From a virus (lineage: Duplodnaviria > Heunggongvirae > Uroviricota > Caudoviricetes), in the IMG/VR virus record IMGVR_UViG_2778261268_000004: a stretch of 39,727 nt of DNA; one strand, given 5' to 3'. Made by a program: the position numbers and the translations under genes. Shown piece by piece: positions 8,767 to 17,530 of the stretch; the first letter of the stretch is position 1; each line of letters opens with the position of its first letter. The notes beneath the pieces were generated by a model, which did no database searches, was not told the DNA's origin, and saw only the letters and a list, made by a program, of their open reading frames with translations.

Positions 8767-9548
8767 ACAACGTTTTTACCGCGATACAAAACCGTGACGG
8801 AGAAGCCCTTTCTCGCATGTCAGGTTATGAGCATCAGTACGTCAACAATGACAATGTGGTGAACATGTCAGCAGAGAGGCTTGTTGATGCCCTTTTCAAA
8901 CAGCTGAAACAACTGTTTCCGGCGGCAGTGGTAACCAACCTGAAGACGCCAGAGCAGGAAGTTGCTGCAAAACAGCAGTGGATTGCTGCGTTTGCCGAAG
9001 GGGGGATCCGAACCCGTGAACAGGTTTCTGCTGGTATGCGCCACGCCCGCGCCAGTGAATCTCCGTTCTGGCCGTCGCCAGGGCAATTTATCAAGTGGTG
9101 CAAAGACAGCAAGATGGTTCTTGGCGTCACCATTGACGATGTGATGGCGGAGTTTCACCGGTACAGCAAGGAAAAAAGTTTATATCCTGGTGGTCCCGAA
9201 AGATTCCCGTGGCGGCATCCGGTTATGTACTGGGTCGTATGTGATACCCGCCGTGCAATGTATCAGCGCCAGCTTAGCGAGATTGAGGTTGAGAAACACG
9301 CGCGCCGGCTGCTCGATGATTGGGCGAAAAAGGTGGCTTCCGGACAGCAGATACCCGATCCGGTGATCAGCATACAGGCAAAGTCAGAGCCCATGAGTAC
9401 ACCTCCGGACACAGGGAGAGACGTTTACCATCCACCGGGGCGAAGTTTCGGGTGCATGCCTAACGCCGCCACCCTTGGGGGAATAACACCGGCGCAGTGG
9501 CTGATGGAGGAATACAGGCGGGGAAAGGCGGCAGGATTTATCAAGTAA
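8763..9548 (+). CDS. Replication protein P-like (helicase loader)
   Basis: QQWIAAFAEGGIRTREQVSAGMRHARASESPFWPSPGQFIKWC resembles lambda P; GTG start with GGAGG RBS overlapping the upstream stop. Confidence 0.7.
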   Translation: MNNVFTAIQNRDGEALSRMSGYEHQYVNNDNVVNMSAERLVDALFKQLKQLFPAAVVTNLKTPEQEVAAKQQWIAAFAEGGIRTREQVSAGMRHARASESPFWPSPGQFIKWCKDSKMVLGVTIDDVMAEFHRYSKEKSLYPGGPERFPWRHPVMYWVVCDTRRAMYQRQLSEIEVEKHARRLLDDWAKKVASGQQIPDPVISIQAKSEPMSTPPDTGRDVYHPPGRSFGCMPNAATLGGITPAQWLMEEYRRGKAAGFIK

Positions 9549-9585
9549 TACCAGCGCGATAGCGCATTTTTTTACGCCTCAACAA

Positions 9586-9600
9586 TTACCTATGAGGTAA
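9586..9600. promoter_or_regulatory. Operator-like palindrome TTACC-tatga-GGTAA
   Basis: Upstream of DUF1064-like gene. Confidence 0.5.
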
Positions 9601-9620
9601 CAAAATATTCTAAACTCTAT

Positions 9621-9662
9621 TGATTTCGTGTCTTATGTGGTTTTTAATTACCTTAGAGGTAA
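9621..9662 (+). promoter_or_regulatory. Candidate promoter (TTGATT-17 bp-TTTAAT) with ATGTGGTT in the spacer, overlapping operator TTACC-ttaga-GGTAA (9648-9662)
   Basis: -35/-10-like hexamers at 17-bp spacing; operator overlaps the -10/+1 region; ATG at 9666. Confidence 0.5.
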
Positions 9663-9665
9663 ATC

Positions 9666-10010
9666 ATGAGAAAACAGATACAGGCTCTTGGTCGACTCAA
9701 AACAGGCCAGATGAACAAAACAGAATCTGCGTATTGCCAGCACCTTGAGCTGCGTAAACGTGCAGGGGAAATCGCCTGGTATCGATTCGAGGGTATCAAG
9801 CTGCGGTTAGCTGACAACACGTTCTATACGCCAGATTTCGCTGTGATGCTCGCCACCGGAGAGATGGAACTGCACGAAGTGAAAGGTTTCTGGACCGACG
9901 ACGCCAGGGTGAAAACCAAAGTCGCCGCAGATCAGTATCCGTTCCGAATCATCGGGGTAACGGTTAAGCCAAAGAAAGCAGGTGGTGGCTGGAACATCGA
10001 AGAGTTCTGA
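9666..10010 (+). CDS. DUF1064-like protein (putative PD-(D/E)XK nuclease)
   Basis: YTPDFAV...ELHEVKG nuclease-like motif; promoter plus two operators upstream. Confidence 0.6.
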   Translation: MRKQIQALGRLKTGQMNKTESAYCQHLELRKRAGEIAWYRFEGIKLRLADNTFYTPDFAVMLATGEMELHEVKGFWTDDARVKTKVAADQYPFRIIGVTVKPKKAGGGWNIEEF

Positions 10011-10071
10011 ATCGACGATCTTTTTAGTTATCAATGTAATCAATAAGTTATGTGGATAAGCGAGGGTAAAG

Positions 10072-10533
10072 ATGGAAAGTAATATCAAAGGGTTAGTTGC
10101 CGCCGGGCATGAGATGGCTTCGGAACTGAAAGCAGAATGTGGTGCCGTTGATATGCGTAGTGTGGCAAAGCTGATCAGCGATTTGGCAACGCAACTGGAA
10201 GTGCAACTGGTGCGTGCTAATGCGCTGGCGGCGGAGAATGCAAAGCTGAAGAAGTTCTGCAAAGACGCTGCATTCGATGCCGATTACGAAGCAGAGCTAG
10301 GTATGGAGCGTGGTGGATTCAGTGATGCGCTTAACGAAATCAAAACCCCAGCCACCGATGCTTTTCTGGCTGAAGTACGGGCGCAGGGGGTGGAGATGTA
10401 CGCAGATAACCTCGACAACGGAGCAGACGACGCAGAACGAGGTGGTTTTGATTATGCCGTTAAGTTTCTACGCAGTGAAGCGTCTAGTGTACGTTTGTTC
10501 TCCGACCAGCTTCGCAAAGGAGGCAACCAGTGA
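10072..10533 (+). CDS. Ea22-like protein
   Basis: N-terminal ...ELKAECGAVDMRSVAKLI pattern typical of lambdoid Ea22-like proteins. Confidence 0.5.
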   Translation: MESNIKGLVAAGHEMASELKAECGAVDMRSVAKLISDLATQLEVQLVRANALAAENAKLKKFCKDAAFDADYEAELGMERGGFSDALNEIKTPATDAFLAEVRAQGVEMYADNLDNGADDAERGGFDYAVKFLRSEASSVRLFSDQLRKGGNQ

Positions 10534-10784
10534 GTAATTCAGCACGACTACAGCTTGGTTTTTCACCGCTATCAAAAACTATCATGCTGGCAAAAATGCG
10601 CGATGTTGAAGGTGGACGTATGCGCGTTGGCAATGATCCAGGTCGTGATGTTACCAATGAGGCTGCTCAATTGGTGTGGCGACTGGTCATGGCTGAAGGT
10701 GGTGAGATCGCGTGGGAGCTGGATGATGGTTCTCGCATGGTGTTGAAGGCAGAAAAACAGGAGGCAACCAGTGAGCAAGATTGA
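10530..10784 (+). CDS. Hypothetical phage protein
   Basis: Coupled ORF in nin-like block. Confidence 0.4.
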   Translation: MSNSARLQLGFSPLSKTIMLAKMRDVEGGRMRVGNDPGRDVTNEAAQLVWRLVMAEGGEIAWELDDGSRMVLKAEKQEATSEQD

Positions 10785-11301
10785 CTATCAGGTACTGCGT
10801 GAGGCAGCAGTAGCAATTGAAACAGTAGCAACGCCTCAAAAATTGCTGGCATTTCGTATGAAAGTCACACCTCAGGTTGTGCTGGCTCTACTGGATGAAC
10901 TGGAAGCCAAAGACAAAGCATGGTCCGCACAGGACAACCATATCAACCAGCAGGCTTACCGAATTGAATCGCTGGAAAAGAAGAATGGCGAGCTGGGAAG
11001 ATCGCTGGAAGCCGCAGAGAAGCGCATAGCAGAACTGGAAGCCGAACCTGTAAGCCAAACTTGCAAGTTGAACGAGCCATCGGGCAACTCTCCGGTAACT
11101 CCGGGTGGTTGGATAAGCTGTAGTGATCGAATGCCGAAAGGGTATGCTGATGTGTTAGTGACCGACGGCGAGCATGTCGAGGTTAAATGGTGGGATGAAT
11201 CTGGGTATTGGAATAGTTGGACGGAACTTAGCTCAGATATCCTTGCCCATGAAATAACTCACTGGATGCCGCTACCGGAGCCGCCGCAGGAGGCAAAATG
11301 A
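10771..11301 (+). CDS. DUF551-like protein with coiled-coil N-terminus
   Basis: C-terminal ...THWMPLPEPP signature. Confidence 0.55.
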   Translation: MSKIDYQVLREAAVAIETVATPQKLLAFRMKVTPQVVLALLDELEAKDKAWSAQDNHINQQAYRIESLEKKNGELGRSLEAAEKRIAELEAEPVSQTCKLNEPSGNSPVTPGGWISCSDRMPKGYADVLVTDGEHVEVKWWDESGYWNSWTELSSDILAHEITHWMPLPEPPQEAK

Positions 11302-11651
11302 TGGACTATTCACAGTTAAGTGATTTTGAAATTAACAGAATGGTAGGAGACATAATTTTTAAAGGCCTTTGGGCGTGTAAACCGGAAACATCAGGGAATA
11401 ACACCAACAAATGGTATTACGGAAATACTGATACAACTTTTGAGCCATTAAACCCTTTACCTGACTACTGCAATAATCCATCGGATGCATGGCCTATTAT
11501 TGTTGATAATAAAATCAGTCTAACCTGCCACCAATCTCGCGGTGAGTGGTCAGCTGTTTTTAATGCCGAGAACATTTGCTTTCATGCGAATAATCCACTC
11601 CGAGCCGCCATGATTGTATTTCTCATGATGCAGGAAAATCAGAATGGCTAA
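11298..11651 (+). CDS. NinX/DUF2591-like protein
   Basis: MDYSQLSDFEIN N-terminus typical of NinX-like proteins. Confidence 0.5.
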   Translation: MMDYSQLSDFEINRMVGDIIFKGLWACKPETSGNNTNKWYYGNTDTTFEPLNPLPDYCNNPSDAWPIIVDNKISLTCHQSRGEWSAVFNAENICFHANNPLRAAMIVFLMMQENQNG

Positions 11652-11982
11652 ATCAGCAGCAGAGCGCAAAGCCGCTCAGAGAGCCAGACAAGCTGCATCT
11701 GGTGTGCGTAAGCTGGAAATTGTGCTTGATGCTCAGGAAATTGAAATGCTGGAGCGTAACTGTGCCGCGCGTCGCCCAGGGCGTGCGCCTTACGAATTTG
11801 GTGAGTATATAGCGTTACTGATCCGCCAGGATGATGCACGCGTGCGCGGGCGTATAAAATCGATCAGTAGAAAACGTTGCGGTAAGTGCGGCGAGAGAGT
11901 TCCAGTTAATTCATGTCCGTGTAATGGTGACTCACAATGCTGGGTGACTAAAGGCTGGCATGAAACGAAATTAATAGTGTGA
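11644..11982 (+). CDS. Hypothetical protein with C-terminal zinc ribbon (possible regulator)
   Basis: CGKCG...CPC cysteine cluster; last gene before the terminase; stop lies inside a GTGACATGTCAC palindrome. Confidence 0.5.
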   Translation: MAKSAAERKAAQRARQAASGVRKLEIVLDAQEIEMLERNCAARRPGRAPYEFGEYIALLIRQDDARVRGRIKSISRKRCGKCGERVPVNSCPCNGDSQCWVTKGWHETKLIV

Positions 11983-11990
11983 CATGTCAC
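11979..11990. repeat. Perfect 12-bp palindrome GTGACATGTCAC (copy 1)
   Basis: Exact string; overlaps stop codon of the 11644-11982 gene; terminator 40 bp downstream. Confidence 0.9.
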
Positions 11991-12031
11991 GAGTAGATTA
12001 TGCATGATGAATTTGACGGGTTTTGAATACT

Positions 12032-12058
12032 GCCGCCAACTATGGCGGCTTTATTTTG
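12032..12058 (+). terminator. Rho-independent terminator before the terminase genes
   Basis: GCCGCC-aacta-tGGCGGC followed by TTTATTTT. Confidence 0.65.
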
Positions 12059-12068
12059 CATGGTACTA

Positions 12069-12101
12069 TTACCACAACGGTAACTATTACCACGGTGGTT
12101 A
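12069..12101. promoter_or_regulatory. Tandem operator-like sites TTACC-acaac-GGTAA and TTACC-acggt-GGTTA upstream of terminase small subunit
   Basis: Direct repeat CTATTACCAC x2 forming one perfect and one imperfect palindrome. Confidence 0.45.
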
Positions 12102-12103
12102 TG

Positions 12104-12697
12104 ATGTCTGCTGAACCTAAAACCTATAAACGCAAATCAACGCAATTTAAGCCACTAACAGCAATGCAGGAGGCTTATTGCCAGTCATACATCAAAACGC
12201 CTGAAAACCAGACTCAGGCAGCGATTAACGCAGGATTCTCCCCAAATACAGCGGCAGTTAAAGCCAGTGTCATGATGCGCGATGAACGCATTCAAAAACG
12301 GATTGCCGAGTTGATGGAGGAGCGCAACAAACGAATGCGCGTCAGTGCTGATTACGTTCTCATGCGCCTGGTGGAGATCGACCAGATGGACGTGATCGAC
12401 ATCCTCAACGACGATGGGAGCCTTAAACCAATCCGTGAGTGGCCGAAAATCTGGCGCACTACGCTTAGTGGCTTTGATCTGTCATCGACCATCATGAACA
12501 TGAACGAGGATTCGATAGAGACAATCCTCAAAAAAATTAAATGGCCTGACAAGGTGAAGAACCTTGAGCTGATTGGTAAGCATGTTGATGTCAACGCGTT
12601 CAAAGAACGTCTGGATGTTAATGTGAATGTGACAATTGCTGATCGCATAGCAGCAGCCAGGAAGAGACTGAAAGAACGTCAGGATGGCAATCAGTGA
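12104..12697 (+). CDS. Terminase small subunit
   Basis: SPNTAAVKASVMMRDERIQKRIAELMEE pattern; ATG 12104 after GGTGG RBS; overlaps large subunit. Confidence 0.7.
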   Translation: MSAEPKTYKRKSTQFKPLTAMQEAYCQSYIKTPENQTQAAINAGFSPNTAAVKASVMMRDERIQKRIAELMEERNKRMRVSADYVLMRLVEIDQMDVIDILNDDGSLKPIREWPKIWRTTLSGFDLSSTIMNMNEDSIETILKKIKWPDKVKNLELIGKHVDVNAFKERLDVNVNVTIADRIAAARKRLKERQDGNQ

Positions 12698-14169
12698 CAG
12701 ATACAGCGTTATCTCCTGAAGAGCAGTTAATCGAGGATATTGCAGGGTTCACTCACGATCCGCTTGGCTATGCCCTCTATGCGTTCCCGTGGGGGGAAGA
12801 GGGTACTGAACTGGCACATGCCACCGGTCCACGTCAGTGGCAGGCCGATGCGTTCCGAGAGATACGTGATCACCTGCAGAATCCAGAGACGCGCTATCAG
12901 CCGCTTATGCTGGCACGCGCTTCTGGTCACGGTATTGGTAAATCCGCATTCATCTCAATGCTGATCAACTGGGGCATGTCCACTTGCGAGGATTGTAAGG
13001 TCGTGGTGACCGCCAACACCGACAACCAGCTACGAACGAAGACCTGGCCGGAAATTATCAAGTGGTCGAACCTTGCTATCACGAAAGAGTGGTTTACCTG
13101 TACCGCTACCGCGATGTACAGCAATGACCCTGGGCACGACAAGCGGTGGCGAGCTGACGCAATCCCCTGGTCTGAGCACAACACTGAGGCATTCGCCGGA
13201 CTACACAACGAGCGAAAACGCATCATCGTGGTATTCGATGAAGCGTCGAACATTGCGGATCTGGTGTGGGAAGTTGCTGAGGGTGCGCTTACGGACGAAG
13301 ACACTGAGATTATCTGGGTGGCGTTCGGAAACCCTACACGTAACACCGGACGTTTCCGCGAATGTTTCCGCAAATATAAACACCGCTGGAAAACTGCGCA
13401 GATTGACAGCCGAACGGTGGAAGGCACTAACAAACAGCAGTTGCAGAAATGGGTTGATGACTACGGGGAAGACAGCGACTTCGTTAAAATCCGTGTGCGC
13501 GGCATATTCCCTGATGCATCTGAATTGCAGTTTATCCCTACCGGTCTTACTGATGAGGCAATGAAACGGGTGGTAACCGCTGCGCAGGTGGCGCATGCTC
13601 CGGTGATAATCGGTGTTGACCCGGCATATTCAGGCGTTGATGACGCGGTGATATACCTGCGGCAGGGGCTACACAGTAAGGTGCTGTGGACTGGCAACAA
13701 GACTACCGACGATCTGATTATGGCGAAGCGTATCGCTGACTTTGAAGACCAGTATCAGGCTGACGCGGTGTTCATCGACTTCGGTTACGGAACCGGTCTG
13801 AAGTCAATCGGTGACGGATGGGGTCGTACATGGCAACTTGTTCCGTTCGGTGGCGCGTCTACTGACCCGCAGATGCTCAACAAGCGTGGGGAGATGTTCA
13901 ATTCATGCAAGACATGGCTGAGGCTGGGCGGCATGCTGGATGACCAGGAAACAGCAGACGACCTGTCGGCGGCAGAGTACAAAGTTCGAGTGGATGGTAA
14001 AATCGTTATCGAACCGAAGGAAGATATCAAGGAGCGGCTTGGGCGTTCGCCGGGTAAAGGCGATGCGCTACTGCTGACGTTTGCGTTCCCTGTGTCTAAG
14101 CGTCTGCGAATTCCCGGGCAGCAGAACCAGCAAGGCAAGGCCATCACAGATTACGATCCCTATGCTTAA
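12694..14169 (+). CDS. Terminase large subunit
   Basis: Walker A-like GHGIGKS, ATPase and nuclease regions (VFDEASN, GVDPA); 491 aa. Confidence 0.9.
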   Translation: MTDTALSPEEQLIEDIAGFTHDPLGYALYAFPWGEEGTELAHATGPRQWQADAFREIRDHLQNPETRYQPLMLARASGHGIGKSAFISMLINWGMSTCEDCKVVVTANTDNQLRTKTWPEIIKWSNLAITKEWFTCTATAMYSNDPGHDKRWRADAIPWSEHNTEAFAGLHNERKRIIVVFDEASNIADLVWEVAEGALTDEDTEIIWVAFGNPTRNTGRFRECFRKYKHRWKTAQIDSRTVEGTNKQQLQKWVDDYGEDSDFVKIRVRGIFPDASELQFIPTGLTDEAMKRVVTAAQVAHAPVIIGVDPAYSGVDDAVIYLRQGLHSKVLWTGNKTTDDLIMAKRIADFEDQYQADAVFIDFGYGTGLKSIGDGWGRTWQLVPFGGASTDPQMLNKRGEMFNSCKTWLRLGGMLDDQETADDLSAAEYKVRVDGKIVIEPKEDIKERLGRSPGKGDALLLTFAFPVSKRLRIPGQQNQQGKAITDYDPYA

Positions 14170-14199
14170 TCCGCTGGTTGGGATAATGTCGTTGATATC

Positions 14200-14243
14200 C
14201 TCTGATGAGGATAAAACAAAGCCAGCTCATCGGCTGGCTGTTT
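14200..14243 (-). terminator. Terminator hairpin after gp49-like gene
   Basis: GCCAGC-tcatcg-GCTGGC with T-rich run on the minus strand. Confidence 0.5.
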
Positions 14244-14255
14244 GTGACATGTCAC
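14244..14255. repeat. Perfect 12-bp palindrome GTGACATGTCAC (copy 2)
   Basis: Exact string; adjacent to hairpin 14221-14238. Confidence 0.9.
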
Positions 14256-14259
14256 GGTG

Positions 14260-14631
14260 TTATTGCTCGCTTAGCTTCTGCTTCAGCAAGTAACCTTCGA
14301 GCATCCAGATTTTGTTTACAGCATTCTGCCGGGCAATCTTCCGACCAATTTCTGCATCAAAGTTTTCCGGGCTTGCACAGGCGCTCTCTCCGGTGACGGT
14401 GAAGCCGTTGCGCAGCACCAGGACGCAGAACGTCAGCAGAGAAAGTGATTCGTGCGGCTGGTAGTTTACCTCTCCGCCAGTATGTTTCGCTTTTATGGCT
14501 TTGCCAAAGGCACCATCTTCTGCTGTGAAATATGCCTCCTGAGCAATAATGCCTTCGATATGGTCTGGCGTAACGCGCGGTGCCGTTTTGCCTTTCTCAA
14601 CGATTTCTTTTTCGATTTGCTGGTCGTTCAT
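14260..14631 (-). CDS. N4 gp49/Sf6 gp66-family protein (moron)
   Basis: 123-aa minus-strand ORF downstream of the tRNA with its own terminator; family call from remembered pattern. Confidence 0.6.
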   Translation of the reverse strand: MNDQQIEKEIVEKGKTAPRVTPDHIEGIIAQEAYFTAEDGAFGKAIKAKHTGGEVNYQPHESLSLLTFCVLVLRNGFTVTGESACASPENFDAEIGRKIARQNAVNKIWMLEGYLLKQKLSEQ

Positions 14632-14830
14632 AATCTCACCTTAAAAAAAATGCCCGGCGAACCAGGCGAACTGGAAGCAATGAGTTATGCCTTCCGTGGC
14701 TGTACTGGTTTACAGCATGAAGTCATCGCAATGGCGTCCTGCTGTAAAAAGGGCGGTGGTAGTCCTTCAAGGGAAACCATCACCGCCAAGCCTCTGGAAC
14801 TTCTGGCATCACGGTCCTTAGGCGTGATTC

Positions 14831-14907
14831 TGGCGTGGCATGCAGGATTCGAACCTGCGACCAACCGCTTAGAAGGCGGTTGCTCTGTCCAACTGAGCTA
14901 ATGCCAC
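14831..14907 (-). tRNA. tRNA-Arg (anticodon UCU)
   Basis: Cloverleaf folds by hand: acceptor GTGGCAT/ATGCCAC, D-stem GCTC/GAGC, anticodon stem ACCGC/GCGGT with loop CTTCTAA, T-arm GCAGG-TTCGAAT-CCTGC, discriminator G, encoded CCA. Confidence 0.85.
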
Positions 14908-15229
14908 AACGCTGAGAGCACTTAGCCTGTTAAGGCGCCACACTTTGTCGCGGCTCCATAAATGCTCTCATCGTTGTACCCTCGTCTCTTCCGAGGCGTC
15001 ACACCGAATCGCCGGGATGGTGAATCCCCGTGCGCGGAATAAAACCGCTCGACTTGCACATTCCGGCTACCTGGTTCGTTTGCCCGAGCAAGGGAGGGTG
15101 CCCCTTAAACGTATCCAGACCGCTATCGGCGCATGTGCCATACGCCGTACTGCTCAAAATAAAAGCTCACTCCACCTGTTCAATTTAACGACAAGCCAGT
15201 CAGGTTAATAACCGGAATGAACTCTTTGG

Positions 15230-15244
15230 TTACCTGAAAGGTAA
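15230..15244. promoter_or_regulatory. Operator-like palindrome TTACC-tgaaa-GGTAA upstream of the virion module
   Basis: Perfect half-sites; ATGTGGTT at 15289-15296 and GGTAAT at 15302-15307 nearby. Confidence 0.5.
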
Positions 15245-15334
15245 TAATTCGTGCGTTAAATGTCAACTATCTACGATAAATAAATCATATGTGGTTAAAT
15301 TGGTAATAATTTAATTGCGTACGGAGTCATTGAT

Positions 15335-15541
15335 ATGTGCATGGGTAGCTCACCGTCAGTGCCTGCAACACCAGAAGTTCAGGCAGCACCACAGGAGCAG
15401 GATGCCGCCGTTGTTGATGCCCGCGACGAAGAAACTCGTCGCCGTCGCGCTGCTGCTGGTCGTAGTTCTACGCTGCTTACCGGTTCTCAGGGTGACACAT
15501 CAACCGCTAATACCAGCGGTAAAACGCTGCTTGGTCAGTAA
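15335..15541 (+). CDS. Small virion-associated protein (T7 gp7.3-like composition)
   Basis: GGAG RBS 8 nt upstream; Ala/Arg/Gly-rich 68 aa; directly precedes portal. Confidence 0.45.
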   Translation: MCMGSSPSVPATPEVQAAPQEQDAAVVDARDEETRRRRAAAGRSSTLLTGSQGDTSTANTSGKTLLGQ

Positions 15542-15555
15542 CCGGAGTCATTGAA

Positions 15556-17235
15556 ATGGCGGAAACAACTAAAGAGCGATTGAACAAACAGTTCGCACAA
15601 CTTGAAAGCGAGCGTCAGTCGTTCGAGCCGCACTGGCGCGAGTTGAGTGATTACATCAACCCGCGTGGTTCCCGCTTTCTGACTTCTGAGGTCAACCGTA
15701 ACGATCGACGCAATACACGAATTATTGATTCGACCGGGACTATGGCAGCGCGCACTCTCGCCAGCGGCATGATGTCAGGCATCACAAGCCCCGCGCGTCC
15801 GTGGTTTCGCCTGGCTACGCCAGATCCTGAAATGATGGATTATGGCCCTGTTAAGTTGTGGCTTGAGGCGGTGCAGAACCGCATGAACGATATGTTCAAT
15901 AAGTCGAATCTCTATCAGTCGCTGCCGCAGTTATACGGAAGCCTCGGCACATACAGCACTGGTGCAATGGCAGTGCTGGAAGATGACGAGGACATTATTC
16001 GCACAATGCCATTCCCGATAGGCAGTTACTACCTGGCTAACTCACCTCGTGGAAGTGTGGACACCTGTTTTCGCAAGTTCTCTATGACTGTTCGTCAGCT
16101 TGTTCAGGAGTTCGGGCTAAATAACGTCAGCGAATCCGTAAAAAGCATGTGGGAAAGCGGCACCTACGAGAAGTGGATCGAAGTGATGCATTCGGTTTAC
16201 CCGAACATTGACCGCGATACATCGAAGCTGGATAGCAAGAACAAGCCATTCAAATCGGTTTATTACGAGGTTGGTGGCGATAACGACAAGTTGTTGCGTG
16301 AGTCCGGATTCGATGAGTTTCCAATTATGGCTCCGCGCTGGGAAGTTAACGGCGAAGATGTTTATGGATCATCATGCCCGGGTATGCTGGCGCTTGGACC
16401 TGTTAAGGCATTGCAGCTTCTCCAGAAGCGCAAGTCGCAGTTGATTGATAAAGCCACCAATCCGCCGATGGTTGCTCCGACTTCCCTCAAGAATCAGCGC
16501 GCCTCCCTTCTTCCTGGCGACATCACGTATATCGATCAGATTACTGGTCAGGATGGCTTCAGGCCTGCTTATCTGGTTAACCCCAGTACAGCAGATTTGG
16601 TGGCAGATATTCAGGACACTCGTCAAATCATTAACAGCGCCTACTTTGTCGATCTGTTCATGATGTTGCAGAACATCAATACCCGCTCGATGCCTGTTGA
16701 AGCGGTGATCGAAATGAAAGAAGAAAAACTTCTGATGTTGGGGCCGGTTCTGGAGCGTCTGAACGACGAATGTCTTAATCCTCTCATTGACCGCGCTTTC
16801 TCGATGATGGTGCGTAAAAACATGTTGCCGCCACCGCCTGACGCGATGGAAGGCATGCCCCTGAAGGTCGAATACATTTCCGTCATGGCTCAGGCGCAGA
16901 AGTCTATCGGCCTGTCCAGTCTGGCGTCCACGGTTAACTTCATTGGTCAACTTGCGCAAGCGAAACCAGAAGCTCTCGACAAACTCAACGTTGATCAGGC
17001 GATCGATGCATTCGCTGATATGTCTGGAGTGTCTCCAACCGTCATTGTTCCGCAGGAACAGGTTGAGCAGGCTCGCCAGCAACGGGCACAGCAGCAACAG
17101 CAGCAACAAATGATGGCGATGGGGATGGCGGCGGCACAGGGTGCCAAGACGCTAAGCGAAGCTAAAACTTCGGATCCGAGTGTTTTGTCAGCTATGGCGA
17201 ATGCAGTTAGTGGTCAGGGTGGGCAATCACAATGA
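15556..17235 (+). CDS. Portal / head-tail connector protein, T7 gp8-like
   Basis: 559 aa with C-terminal QQQQQMMAMGMAAAQG tail reminiscent of T7 gp8; position after terminase. Confidence 0.85.
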   Translation: MAETTKERLNKQFAQLESERQSFEPHWRELSDYINPRGSRFLTSEVNRNDRRNTRIIDSTGTMAARTLASGMMSGITSPARPWFRLATPDPEMMDYGPVKLWLEAVQNRMNDMFNKSNLYQSLPQLYGSLGTYSTGAMAVLEDDEDIIRTMPFPIGSYYLANSPRGSVDTCFRKFSMTVRQLVQEFGLNNVSESVKSMWESGTYEKWIEVMHSVYPNIDRDTSKLDSKNKPFKSVYYEVGGDNDKLLRESGFDEFPIMAPRWEVNGEDVYGSSCPGMLALGPVKALQLLQKRKSQLIDKATNPPMVAPTSLKNQRASLLPGDITYIDQITGQDGFRPAYLVNPSTADLVADIQDTRQIINSAYFVDLFMMLQNINTRSMPVEAVIEMKEEKLLMLGPVLERLNDECLNPLIDRAFSMMVRKNMLPPPPDAMEGMPLKVEYISVMAQAQKSIGLSSLASTVNFIGQLAQAKPEALDKLNVDQAIDAFADMSGVSPTVIVPQEQVEQARQQRAQQQQQQQMMAMGMAAAQGAKTLSEAKTSDPSVLSAMANAVSGQGGQSQ

Positions 17236-17528
17236 CAGATTACGAAGACGATCAACTGAAAGAAGAAAACGCCCGTAAGCAACGTGACATGGCGCAGCGT
17301 GAAATTGATGACATTCGCTTTGTCATGAGCAGTGAACAGGGGCGTCGCGTTGTCTGGTCGGTGCTGGAGAAAGGCCGTGTGTTTTCCGCTATCTCACCGA
17401 TGGACGCTATGGCAATGGCATTTAATGAGGGGCAACGCAATCTGGCGCTGGAACTGTTTCAGCGCGTTATGTCGCATTGCCCTGAACAGTATTTGAAGAT
17501 GGCCAAAGAGGCCAGTGAACAGGAGTGA
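17232..17528 (+). CDS. Hypothetical protein
   Basis: Coupled ORF between portal and scaffold. Confidence 0.5.
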   Translation: MTDYEDDQLKEENARKQRDMAQREIDDIRFVMSSEQGRRVVWSVLEKGRVFSAISPMDAMAMAFNEGQRNLALELFQRVMSHCPEQYLKMAKEASEQE

Positions 17529-17530
17529 TC

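Noticed and set aside
9658-9662. GGTAA half-sites as mere Shine-Dalgarno variants
   Set aside because: A few copies (GAGGTAA before ATGs at 9666 and 6461) may double as SD, but most copies are far from any start codon and all have a matching inverted TTACC half exactly 5 bp away, which an RBS does not require.
11979-11990. GTGACATGTCAC as a CRP or LexA site
   Set aside because: CRP needs TGTGA-N6-TCACA and LexA CTGT-N8-ACAG; the half-site spacing here (GTGAC-N2-GTCAC) fits neither.
12927-13596. Minus-strand ORFs inside the large terminase gene
   Set aside because: Overlap the best-supported gene in the window on the opposite strand.
14945-15208. 87-aa plus-strand ORF and a possible second tRNA or tmRNA-like element upstream of tRNA-Arg
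   Set aside because: The ORF is Arg/Ser-rich without RBS; I could not fold any part of 14908-15230 into a cloverleaf (no T-loop or acceptor pairing), so only an unexplained tract is reported.
15315-15554. 79-aa ORF in alternative frame overlapping 15335-15541
   Set aside because: Arg/Leu-rich translation; the other frame has the better-placed GGAG RBS and matches the RBS arrangement of the adjacent portal gene.
16372-17109. 245-aa minus-strand ORF inside the portal gene
   Set aside because: Antisense to a well-supported gene; Leu/Arg/His-rich composition; no RBS or promoter.
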